A DNA stretch of 58,939 nucleotides, the filler included, from Asterionella formosa (lineage: Eukaryota), in the NCBI GenBank assembly GCA_002256025.1. It is 4 parts of 4 records of this genome, joined end to end, with 100 filler letters (N's around TTAATTAATTAA, not from the genome) between each part and the next. Parts side by side here need not be neighbours in the genome. Positions count along the whole stretch, not along the records: positions 1 to 14,671 come from NKIB01005848.1; 3 more parts are not named here. One strand, given 5' to 3'. Positions 1 to 11,540 of the stretch are shown in pieces (the stretch's first letter is position 1; each line of letters opens with the position of its first letter). Under the pieces are notes generated by a model, which did not search any database, was not told the DNA's origin, and saw only the letters and a program-made list of their open reading frames with translations. The translations under genes were made by a program, and so were the position numbers.

Positions 1-16
1 ACTCGACGTTGACGAG

Positions 17-350
17 ATGGGTACTCCACCTGAAATGAAAATACCTCAAACTGCTGGTACACTCGACGTTGACAAGATGGATCCATCCGAAAATAGTGTA
101 CCTGCAACTGCTGGTACACTTCTTGACATTCACGAGATGGGTCCTCCTGAAAAGAGGAAACCCTTTCCCGGTTGTCTAGCCAATATTGATGAGTTCTTCA
201 ACTCGCTCATAGTACCAGATGACTTTATTCTGGATGAAAGTGGGCTGGGATTGATTCATATAAAAGGAATTGACATAAAACATATATCTGTCGAGGTACT
301 TCGAAAAATTTGCGTGAGATTTAAAGTGTCAGGGTACAGGAATGGCGAAG
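17..350 (+). pseudogene. Fragment of a probable PIF/Harbinger accessory ORF with ~60-bp N-terminal tandem repeats
   Basis: ACTCGACGTTGAC.AGATGG recurs at 1 and 61, with a degenerate copy at ~120. The translation contains LRKICVRFKVSGYRN and converges on, and overlaps the end of, the transposase fragment. The accessory-ORF assignment is inference from context. Confidence 0.3.
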
Positions 351-694
351 CCGTCAATAGCACCAACACATCCTCTCATCATGCCCTCTGAGCTTTTGCA
401 TTCAAAGCTGGAAGCCAATTTGATAAATTCTTCTTTTTCTTTTGGAAAAACAATTTCGAGTTCTCCACAGTTTAGTACAGCATCAATGAACAAATCACGA
501 CATCGATAAAGTGAAGCAATGCTACAACCGTAGGCATGACGAATGTCGATGTAACTGCCACCAGCCAGCCATCGCAAACCAATGGCTACCACAATTTCGG
601 GAATTATGGGCTCAGAAGTGCCACATTTGGAATAATTCCCTGCAATCTGAATTTCCAGCATGGAGGTGAGGTTTTTGAATGCTCTGTGTGACAT
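345..694 (-). mobile_element. PIF/Harbinger (DDE_Tnp_4 / HARBI1-like) transposase fragment
   Basis: Translation has IGLRWLAGGSYIDIRHAYG (HTH region) and GCVGAIDG (first catalytic Asp motif). It is truncated right after this motif, and the upstream acidic N-terminus (604-951) is in another frame. Confidence 0.8.
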
Positions 695-1080
695 TCTGTA
701 TGTCTTCTCGAAAGCAATCTCGTGATTGAGTTTCTTGACATGTGATTGCCAGGAGATTCTTTTGTGGTGCCACTTGTGCCTTCGTTGTCGTCGTCGTTCA
801 GATGACTGAAGCTGCCGTTTACAGCGGCGCCTTTGTCGTTTGGATGAGTGTTCTTTTCCTCTGCTTCCTTAGCTAAAAGACAGAGGAAGAAGAAATCAAG
901 ATCAATACTGTCATCATCATTATCATCAAGTAAATCAAATGGTGACGACATGATTCATGCAAATGTGTGTTTTCAATATAATATTTAGTTTCCCGGTAAT
1001 TATATTTTATGTTGTTGCTTGATATCAAGACCATCATTATATTCCGGAGGGATATACACATGATCTTCGCCAGCCAGTTG

Positions 1081-2093
1081 CCGTTGAAGATCCATGTTAC
1101 TCCATGATACAATGTGATCACAAATTAGTGATACAGTGACACTTTTGGAATGAATGAAATTCAGTTCAAATCGAGTTACCGTTGCTGATACATTTTCAAA
1201 AAAACTTCAAATTCCGTGATTCACGAAAAAAAATGATAAGAACGGCCCTGATACACAGTGATCAACGGCTGTATCACTGATCAAGCCATTGATCACTGTG
1301 TATCACATCCGTTGCCACTGATAAAATAACTGTAGACATGCCAGCGCCAACTATATAATCTATTTTGTGGATGGGAAAATCAACATCAGCAGCAACACAG
1401 CGCAACTTGAAAACGCCACTGGTGCAATCGATTGATCTAATGGCGTCTATAACACAAAGACTAACCTAACACCACTTTTTGCAAGCACTTTTGTCATATA
1501 ATAGTATTATTGTAGTCGTATTAGCAGTCATAGCTTTAGTTGTTGCCGTAACAAATCAATAGTTCTGTTTGCAATCGTATAAAATGACGAATGTTCCTCT
1601 TCTACATTGTTGTTTCGTAATTTCTTATGCAATTTTAAAGATATATCTATATTTCCTTTTCTATTGCATCGTTCGTACAATGATATCTTAGACCGCAAAA
1701 GCGCAGCGACTCCTTTGCCATTTTGATGGAGAAATAGCTGATTATCGACATGGTCAATGTGTTGACGAGTCTCTCAATACCTGGTACCAGGGGCTAGTAG
1801 CATGTACCGCACAGGCTCCATAAGATGATATGATATTTGTTTTTTATTCCGGTTGTTATTTTTATTTAAGCTACGCATATGCATATTGCTGCTCATATAT
1901 ATCTAGATGCTCGTAGCTGGCCTGTCACCGTTGACAATCCTTGTTACTCCATGATACACTGTGATCACAAATTAGTGATACAGTGACACTTTTGGAATGA
2001 ATGAAATTCAGTTCAAATCGAGTTACCGTTGCTGATACATTTTCAAAAAAATTCAAATTCCGTGATACACGAAAAAAATGATAAGAACGGCCC
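1081..2093 (+). repeat. ~165-bp direct repeat (1081-1248 and 1928-2093), probably transposon subterminal sequence
   Basis: CCGTTGA...TGTGATCACAAATTAGTGATACAGTGACACTTTTGGAATGAATG...GATAAGAACGGCCC is present twice and nearly identical. An inverted pair, TGATACACAGTGATCAA / TTGATCACTGTGTATCA, lies at ~1249-1305. Confidence 0.85.
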
Positions 2094-2397
2094 CAAACCG
2101 CCATTTTTGTATCATATTTCGGCGATGATACACCAATGACAACAAATAACAAAATGATAAGAACGGCCCTAAGATTCACTCTAGCTATGCTAAGCTATGC
2201 TAGGACTCTGCCTATTTTGGCAGTCAAAATTGTGCGCAGAATGCTTTCTTGTACCTGGTACTATGTTATTGCTTTTTTGCTACCTTTCTAGTACAAGTTC
2301 TACTTATCAATATTCAGCTAGAGGGAGTCAACAGTGGTGGAACAGTAATACGATCATGCTTGCTCAGAATGAAATAGACCGTTATTCTGACTGTTAT

Positions 2398-2490
2398 GCT
2401 AATCGGCATTTTATTGCCGAAATTTCGATGTGTCCCATATTGCCCCTCCATAAAAATTACTTGGAAGTACCCGAATGTCAAGACGACATA
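2398..2490 (+). repeat. Copy of a dispersed terminal repeat family (also 14968-15130 +, 38509-38680 -)
   Basis: AATCGGCA.TTTTATTGCCGAAA.TTCGATGTG.CCCATATTGCCC...AATTACTT.GAAGTACCCGAATG.CAAGACGA is shared across three contigs. Confidence 0.8.
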
Positions 2491-3186
2491 GGTCGAGCGG
2501 GGTATTGCTGATAAGCAAGCCTCCAATTAAGTTGGAGAGTACCTGGTGCGTCACCTGCACCGGATACCCGGTACCCGGCACCCTCGCCGGCTGAGAACAA
2601 TGGCTACTGAATTGCCATCGATCTCTGCCTGCGGTGTTTGTCAGGCAGGTGCCGGGAGTATACATAGAGTTTGATCACATTTTGGACCCTCTGTTTTTGA
2701 GATACACAATATTTCGACACTAGTTGTATTAGGCAAACTGATGAAGGGAGCCAAAAGAAACGTTCTTATCTCGTATATATATATAATACAGGTAGACTTA
2801 GATTTTTCAACTTTGGGTTATATAAGAAATAAATGGATTTTTATTATTGCATCGTATTGTTCTTAACGCCAGAGCAGTGATTGTCCGAGCTGCCTTGCTG
2901 ACTATTCTTTGAGTGGTCGAGCAACATTTATATCACATGTAGTGTGTAGGGACAAAGAAAATTTGCTACTTCCCCCGATCCATGCCGCCTGCCTTGCCGA
3001 CGCTGATTCTTTGATCGATAAAAGTGCAAATCCTGTGATTGATGACCTCGTTCGTGTGAAATCCATAAATCGAATTCAGTCTAAATGTTGCTTGTATCTT
3101 AATTCACCTCCTGGTAATACTCAGTTCTTTACACGTTCGAATCGACAAGGGGAACGAGCGCTCTGCACGTTTAAGTGTTTTGCACC

Positions 3187-3897
3187 ATGGCAACAAAACG
3201 CTATTCAACGGGCTTCAAAGGAATCTTAGGGGGTTCCTCAGGGAAAGAGAGTAATGAAACTTCCATCTCAAAGACTATCCAACCCGCTCGTCCTATCGAC
3301 ACTTCGACTGTACCAACTCAGATCGAGACGCCTGCTCTCGCCGCCGTACCGTCTTCGCGAAAGAAAAAACGACGTACGAAGAAACGCAAAAAGCGACCAC
3401 CACAAGGGAATACCATGACATGGGAGGATGCCATTGCTGCATTGGAATTGCGCATGTCAAAGTCTCCTCACGAGGTAGCCCCTACCATGTCGCATCCTCG
3501 AAAGTCTCGAAAGCAACATGAACCTCAAGAAATTGGCATGGTGGACAAGTACTTTGTCCTTGAGGAAATGAATGAGGAGTCTCGAAGTTCTGACGACGAC
3601 TGGCATGATGGAAATGAGCATGACATTGACACTGATTTTACCGTTGGCTTGGTGGACTCGGAAGATAGCACAAGTAGCTCCGAAAGTGAAGGAGATGGTG
3701 ATGATGAGCTGTCTGTTGCCAGTGAAGGATCACTGGATATGCTACTGCGATGTCTGACATGCAATATGGATAGACTGACGACATTGCAGGGAGTGAATGA
3801 TTGGGATGATGACAACCCAATCAAAATGAGAAAAGTGGTAAATGAACACAAGCGACGCAACTATCTTGATTTAATGATGGGTGGATGGTGCCATTAG
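3187..3897 (+). CDS. Hypothetical protein with a basic NLS-like tract and an acidic region, probably repeat-associated
   Basis: Open frame of ~236 codons with RKKKRRTKKRKKR and a D/E/S-rich tract. A homologous segment (DDELSVAS.GS) recurs at ~14575-14640. Confidence 0.35.
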   Translation: MATKRYSTGFKGILGGSSGKESNETSISKTIQPARPIDTSTVPTQIETPALAAVPSSRKKKRRTKKRKKRPPQGNTMTWEDAIAALELRMSKSPHEVAPTMSHPRKSRKQHEPQEIGMVDKYFVLEEMNEESRSSDDDWHDGNEHDIDTDFTVGLVDSEDSTSSSESEGDGDDELSVASEGSLDMLLRCLTCNMDRLTTLQGVNDWDDDNPIKMRKVVNEHKRRNYLDLMMGGWCH

Positions 3898-4060
3898 AAA
3901 CATGCTTGATGTGTGTGAATTGTTGCTATCTCCTATGAACAGGATTTCGTAATTTTAATTTTCTATTTAGTATGCAGAAACCATACTCTTAGTTCTTAAG
4001 AAAAGTGATGCATGCGTTCATTACATAAGGAATAGGTGTTTGCCCAATGGACACAATGAA

Positions 4061-4063
<3 letters not shown>

Positions 4064-4091
<28 letters not shown>

Positions 4092-4131
4092 TGTGGGGGG
4101 GGTTGTGTGGGGNNNNNNNNNNCCCCCCCCG

Positions 4132-4225
<94 letters not shown>

Positions 4226-4228
4226 CCG

Positions 4229-4259
<31 letters not shown>
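4064..4259. other. Poly-G / N / poly-C scaffold junction (sequencing or assembly artefact)
   Basis: A G run, 10 N and a ~145-nt C run, typical of two-colour-chemistry poly-G tails. A similar G run ends contig 3 (~44148-44188). Confidence 0.8.
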
Positions 4260-5580
4260 TACACTTTTCGTGAAGTATAAAGGCGAGAATTAAAAGACCA
4301 CCGGTGCACACAAGTACTAAATCAGAGCAGAAAGGAATCCACTGGTAGTACATCTACGAAGATTTCCGGAATCCCTTGTGGGACTCAGGAACAAAAGGTG
4401 CCATCACCATTGCATAAGAGCAAACGCTCAAAGCGAGTCATGACGATACAACTAAGCAACCAGCATTTTCTGTGATGCGATGCACCAATGCAAAGTTGGG
4501 GAAAGGAAGCAAAGTTGTCACAGGAAAATCAAGAAAGTTACATGAAATTAATACTAACACCTACTGGAGTGATGAAGCAAACAGCATGTTTGCGCCAAGA
4601 ATGACATTGTTTGGGGCGAAGCTGGCAAGGAAATGGCAATCAACAACAGGAAGCTTAAGGAGCAACAAGAGACATCATAGAAAGACCCTGTGCGAATTTG
4701 GATCAAATTTAACAAACAACAACTACAAAAATGACAATACATTGTTATATTTAATTATGAATGCAACTACAGACAAGTTCATGGAGATCAAAGGGGGCAC
4801 ATCCAAAGTGACAGCAACCCATGCATCAAGCAATATAAACAGTGCTACTAAACCAGCAAACCAGAAGTTCAATCTGATTGCAATAGATACAGAAAGGGTA
4901 AACAATACAGTGATCGAAAAAATTGATTATAAACCAGCCAAAGATTCTTGGTGGCTCAGTAGCAGACCAGTCTCGAAATGTTGATACATTGATACTGCCA
5001 CCATCACAGATTGCAAAACCATTTGATCCCTGGTTGGCACCAGCAAAGGGTGGTCTCAGTGAATGTTTCAGCTCTGCAACAGGCTTACAGTGGTACAATT
5101 GACCATTAAGTGGAAAACAATAGCTAGTATCATATTAACAAAGAAGTCTATACCAGCATCTGCAATTAGAAAACAGCATATTTGTAGGATGCATCTTATG
5201 ATGATAATCATCAAAATATCAATTAAATCTTATAGTATGTTAAAGCTATCCAATAATTGCACTTGGGCCCAAATAAATGGAAATAATTAGCTACTAGCAC
5301 TGGTTTTATTCATCCATATGGTAAAATAGGACCTGTTGTTCCTTCGGTCACACACCCTGGAACCCTGGGGACTACATGAAAAGAAAGACAGGTGGAGAAT
5401 GCAGGAGGAATCAAGCTTGCCACGTTGGAAGGTGTGCCAACCATCTCAGCCGATGATCATCTAATAATTATCGTTGTAAATTAAATAGAAACTCTTTTGG
5501 ACAATGCATATTGCACTATAATATGCAATGAGTTTCATTTTTGTTCCTCTACTTAAGTTTCCTTGTTGGGGAATCACTTA

Positions 5581-6232
5581 CCGTATACTTCATTGTCCTG
5601 GACCCCCCAATGTACACTGCCGTGACTGAATTTGACTGTTTTTACTTAAGGGGGGGGCCCAGGACAATGATGAGATTTCCCTTATAATGGACCTAAGTAA
5701 ATTTCTTTAGTTCTACAGGATAGCGCACATTTTTCTAAGATGTATTAACATGACAATTATTTCCGTCTACCTAGTGAAAAATGAGAGAGTTCTTCACCTC
5801 GCAAGAAAAACGCGATTTCATGTTGTTATCGGCGATCTCAATTTTCGTTGTCATTATTAGTGTTATTACTTTACTTCTTTTACGATTGTATTTTCCATGT
5901 CGTTCTTAATACAGGTAGCAAGTAGCAAAGTGTCGTTCTCTATTTTCGTGGAGATAATTCGTATTTTCGTCATGGTCAAGGTTGCGACAACATCATGAAG
6001 GATTCTCCAGCTGCTCACAGCCACTACCTGTCGTCTCTTGTGTTTTGTATGTACAAAAAGAATCGCAAAATGGTAGCTAAATAATTATGTACTAGTGCCT
6101 ACGAGGACAAAAAAAATAGCACGTTACTTTGTCTATGACAAGAAAATTATTGGGTGTTTGGTTCCACCTCGAGAAAAATGTACAGGGGGGTCCAGCAACC
6201 ATAGGGGGGTCCAGGACAATGAAGTATACGGG
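5581..6232. mobile_element. Non-autonomous Tc1/mariner-type MITE (~650 bp)
   Basis: Perfect 28-bp TIRs: CCGTATACTTCATTGTCCTGGACCCCCC (5581-5608) and GGGGGGTCCAGGACAATGAAGTATACGG (6204-6231). TA flanks the left end, and TA follows the right end after one extra G. Partial internal TIR copies lie at ~5650 and ~6185, and there is no internal ORF. Confidence 0.8.
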
Positions 6233-6857
6233 TAGTTGGTTAACATGCCTTCTGAGTTGCGGGTTCGATTCCTGCATTCTCCACCAGTCTTCTTTTTCAT
6301 CATTTAGTCCTTAGGGTTTCGGGTGTGAGGCTACTGAACAACAAAAAGGAAAGGTCCCATAGTACCGTGCGGACAAATAAAACCAGTACTGATCCCACCT
6401 TCCAGTTCCTGAAGTCACTATGTTTGTTGGGATGATACCGGGTTGGAAAGTAAGCATATGAAAACCAGGGCTGGCAACGCCAGAAAGCGCTATGCGGTCT
6501 ACCCTTCCAGCAAGTGAGTAGTCTTAAAGCCCTCAATATGATACTATGTGCGTGATCGAGGTTAAATTCAAGTTTCCTTGTAGAATGATGTACCAGCAAA
6601 GTTATGTATTTATTCATTCATTATCATCAGTCACTCTGTTTGCATCACAGAAGCAGCCACGAAGAAATCAATGATTGTCTGATAACAGATTGATGATGCA
6701 ATTTTGACAAAGCATCCATATGTAAACAAAAAACTAAGCTAGTACTATCACAGCGATCCTACTAGCACTGGTAAGCACCCCCTCTCACCATGGAGGGCGA
6801 TTTATATTTGCAGCCGCAAAATCAAATCAGATCATTCTTGCTACCAAATCACTACAC

Positions 6858-7130
6858 TGTATGCAATGAGCTAAAAACACATGAAAGAATCAACAGAAAC
6901 AACAAGAAACTCAAGGAGCTTGACGAAAATGACTGGAATGCAACATCATGCATCATTCAACTGAAAAGCGCATTTGTCGATGCCATCATGGCATCGGAAG
7001 TGGGTCTGCACCGACGCTCTGAGCTACACAATAAATACAGTGTAGTATGCAATGAGATACAAACGGATGAAAGAATCAACAGAAACAACAAGAAACTCAA
7101 TGAGCTTGACGAAAGTGGCTGGAATCAAAT
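6858..7130 (+). repeat. ~85-bp local direct duplication
   Basis: GTATGCAATGAG...ATGAAAGAATCAACAGAAACAACAAGAAACTCAA.GAGCTTGACGAAA.TG.CTGGAAT occurs at ~6859 and ~7045. Confidence 0.75.
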
Positions 7131-8039
7131 ATGATACATTATTCATTCAATAAGAGTCATGATGATCATGTCACCAAAATTTATTTTGGTCCTAACAGAT
7201 CCTAAAGCTGCACAATAATATCAGTGTCTGCCATAAATACCACAAAAGGCAAGGCAAACACATGAGAGTCAAATAAATGCCTCAATAAAAGTTCAAACTA
7301 AAAAATCATCTGCCTTCTCCTCAGTCATCAATATGTGGGGACAGATTAAATCACCAGTGCCAGAATATGGCATACACAGCTCACATGATTCCCCTTACTC
7401 TCATTCGAGAGAGTGTATCCAGCACCCTTTTCCCGCCTTGCAGCATCCGAAGTCACCTTGTTTGTTGGTTCGATACTAGGTAGGTTAAGAATTTTTTTAT
7501 AACCTAGGCTGTCAATGCCAGGAAGCGACATGCATGAGTAGTCTTGAGGCACTTGATAAATGATGTTAACAATAATATGATAACAGATATTGAATGTGAA
7601 CATAGATAATATTGTAAGTATTTATAGCTATATTGATGCATGTATTTATTTAATGTTTATAGTTTCAACATTGCACCATTGAACCTTCCAGGTTACTATC
7701 CCAAGGTCCATTACACTTTTTGCATAAAAGTGTCGGAAAATGCATAATGAGTTAGTCGGGAAACTCAGGATTACTTTTTTTGACTAAATTTGTAGTCAAT
7801 CAATATTAATTTCTATCAATTATAGAAACTTATCCTAACTCAATTTTCAATGACTCTTTTTACTTAGTAACATGAAAATCGAAAAATAATTTTAAAATTT
7901 GTACTAGTACTGTACATTTTTTCAAGAAATCGGATGCATAATGTATCAGATGTACTTACGTTTTCGACATGGAACACATCATCCATAGCTACAACAAACC
8001 TCGTATATACTTTGTACATTCCGTATATATAGCGTTAGA

Positions 8040-11000
8040 TATTATATATGCTTGGCATGCATACTACTGGGTACCAGGTACCACCAGGCAGTACTTCTAT
8101 GTGTGTTTGTACAGCTGCCTGTGGTATGGGGTTGATGAGACAGCAACTCCATCTTGACCATGACGAAATAATGGAGTTGAATATCTTCACAAATATTTAC
8201 AATGAGCAATTCCTATTTCGCACGTGTATGTACACTAACATAGAGGAGATTATCGTTGAATAACTAAAAATTTTGCACTAGTATTGACAACAAAATGTTG
8301 AAATCGGCGCTGGAGTTGTTTTTGGTCGTCATTTGCTCAGTTTTGAAGATATGACCAAAAACGAGACAGTGTTGAGTCCGCGGTGATTCGCTTGATAACT
8401 TTGACTATATAAGATTTTCTATGTTTTTCTAGAAATAGATGAGAAAACTTGAGCAACAGTATTCTCGGAGAGGGTACAACATTTCAAGATGCAAGAAAAT
8501 CCTCAATGTCAATTTTGTAGTGAGTTTCATGTCAGCACTAATTGTCGTGGTCCATATTTCTATGGAATCTTGAGTAGGGGTTTAAATATAGTCATAAATG
8601 CGACATCTATGTTTACATGGTACGTAATGCAATAGTTTATCATGTACACAATTACTGCTGTATACCGGAAGTAGAGTACATGATAATCATGAGTGCCTCC
8701 TCCCGAACACCCGAATAGCAGTAACAATTATTAGTACTACTATATGGAATGGAAAATCTCTTTGCTTGTAGTCAATATATAATATTATCAAAATATTATA
8801 TTATATTGGTAGGTAATGTAATTTTCAAAACATTCTACTCGCCCCGATAAAGAATATCTAAGAACTCTACTAGCCGCACTCAAATAATTTAATACCTATT
8901 TTCCTGTTACTTGCGTCATCATATACATATACATATAATAATACTGGTACTGGTACCTGGGTATACCGGTATGTGTGTTCCTTGTAACGACTGTCTATGG
9001 CCACATTAAAATTTTACTATTGTTTTATGTCGCAATTGTGTAGAATGCAATTGCTTATTGATTCGTGTATACCGGTGTCGCCAGTGCAGAACCGCCGGTA
9101 ATAGTTATGTGTTATTCCATGTTGCTGCTCACCCACCTAGTACAACATATTCATGCAACATTTTTACCAAAAACCGACAATGGTCGTCTCGAAAAGCTTA
9201 ACTGCCACCCGACTTGGGAAAGACATCTCAATTGTTACAGTCCCACTTCGTGAAAACGCCAATCGTTTTGTCATGAAGTGGAAACTTCGAGTGTTGCTAC
9301 TAGCTAGCTGAAAATAAGGAGAACTCGGACCGTAAGTTACTTCGCTTTTTCCAACAAGGTCACCTCAGAGCCAACAAGAATGTGTCTTTGGATGTGGATA
9401 AACTACTTCCCATCATGTTGGAAAGAGTGGAGAAAATCAGGTCGTTATCAGTGATCAAAAAAAGGGAGGAAAGAAGAAGGTGGGATGGCATGTACTTGTC
9501 ATGCCATTACACCTTGCAAACGTGAAGCGGCTATGAAGTTCTTCAAAGACGATTCCTGGACCTCATTCAAAAATGTCGCCGCATTGATGAGCGATCTCCG
9601 CTTCATTCTTGAAAAAATTGCTGAAGCCATGAAAGCTGTGTCTTATATAATGGAAGATGATACAATGCTCCAGATTTCTGGTGTTCCACCTGAAAAGGTA
9701 TTTGTGTTGAACTTGTCCTTTCTGCCAGACACCTTTTTTCGGCAACCAAAACCTGTCCTTTCCTTGACATCGGTCAATTCGGCAACCAAAACCTATCCTT
9801 TCCTTCTTGACATCGGCCAACAACAGATTGTGGGTCAAGTCGGTACAGATCAGGCGACTTGGTCGCTTATCAGGGCGGGCCTCTTTCCGGACAAAGAGGA
9901 TCCTTGCCGAATGCTTCAGGCAGATGACAGGTGGGGCAATGTCATTGGTTGCCTATGGCGGCCCATTCACTGACAAAATGAAGATCTCGGACCCCACATC
10001 ACATGACAATGTGAACCACTTTTGGAAAATTTTGTCAATGGTCATTCCCGGTTCTGTTACGCAGCCCCCATTTGCAGCAGGTAGCATAACCAATGTCAGC
10101 AAAGGTATGCCACATAGCTACCTGTACATTGTTGTTGCACACTAATGTCAATTTGTCAACGGTTCGTCAAGAGCCACATTTTGACTAGCTAGCTACCAGC
10201 ATACAGAACTGGTAATCAATGATGTTGACATGTGGCTGCCTTGTTCCTTGGGTATTGGATATGTCCCTCGGTTCTGGTGGGTTCTCCATAAATGTCTGGG
10301 ATGGAGAGTCATGTCAAGACTGCTGGGGAGGTTGAAGGTATTCTTTGCCATTTGGGACAACAGAATTTTGGAGGTGATGGGAGTCTCATGTGGTTAGAAA
10401 CGATCATCCATGCTTAGAGCTGATGGCATCAGAGTTACCAAGAAAAGATGCACATTTTTTCATTCCTGTTAGTGTCTCCTTGTATTTCGGGAATCATTCA
10501 ATACCAAAAAAAATTTGACCACAATTGAGATTGGTGATTTAAACACACACAACATAATGTTGTCAAGGATGGCATAAGAAAACGTATTCACAAATACAAT
10601 CAGTCTGTGTTAATTACTTCCCCGAATAAATTGAAGATCAAACCAGCACATTACATTGCTGAGGCTAGGGCAAAAGGAATTCCTGGAGACGGAATTGTAC
10701 CTCAAATGAAAACAAGCTCTGTTTCTGTTGCTCCGAAAGTCTTTAGCTAGGGGGTCATCTCATGCTTGTCCTCTATATACAAACTACTGGGTGAATTACA
10801 GGCCAGCCCAGGAATGGCACATGCGACGAGATGATCTATGGTTCTTACATTGCTACTTTTCTCGCAAATCATGGAAATCAAGAAAGACAGAGATTCAGGC
10901 TAGCTATGCTAGATGGCGTGGTTGCGAGAAAGGTTGCTAAATACATTACCGACAATGAAGACAGAAGGCAAGTTTGTATGAAAGATATCAGTGTGAATGC

Positions 11001-11540
11001 TTTTGTAAATGCACTGTCTGCACCACTTGAACTGAAAAAAACTACTGAATGAAGAACAAAATAAAACCAGCAACAACATGAAATTCTATCAAGTTCGGTT
11101 TGCTCGCTGTGAAATGTTTCCTTAGAAGACACACTCGATCGTTCAAGTAACAACTGGTTGTTTGGGACCCAGTAACCCCTACAGGGGTACGCTCTCGAGT
11201 TCAATTGTCTTCTTCTGGTCTCATCTAACAACAGGTAGACCGTTCTCACAAACCAATGAGGCGGCGAATTACAACAATGTATCATAGAGCTATAGAGCTA
11301 TGAAGCTTTTCGTGGATGACTACTTTGTATTATATAATATAGTGATGCATATTATATATGCTTGGCATGCTTACATACTACTGGGTACTACCAGTACTTG
11401 CATGTGTGCTTGTACAGGTGCCTGTGGTATGGGGTCGATGAGACAGCAACTCCATGTTGACCATGACGAAATTATGGAGTTGAATATCTTCACAAATATT
11501 GACAGTGAGCAATTCCTATTTCGCAAGTGCATATATACTA
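8040..11540 (+). repeat. ~200-bp direct repeat (8040-8235 and 11350-11540)
   Basis: TATTATATATGCTTGGCATGC...GAGACAGCAACTCCAT.TTGACCATGACGAAAT.ATGGAGTTGAATATCTTCACAAATATT...GAGCAATTCCTATTTCGCA is present twice, bracketing ~3.1 kb of degraded ORF-like sequence. Confidence 0.85.

Noticed and set aside
4021..4353. Poly-Gly / poly-Pro ORFs
   Set aside because: They are translations of poly-G/poly-C runs around an N gap, an artefact rather than a formin- or extensin-like gene.
4472..5290. 170-aa and neighbouring ORFs
   Set aside because: No recognisable motifs, A-rich, and consistent with decayed repeat sequence.
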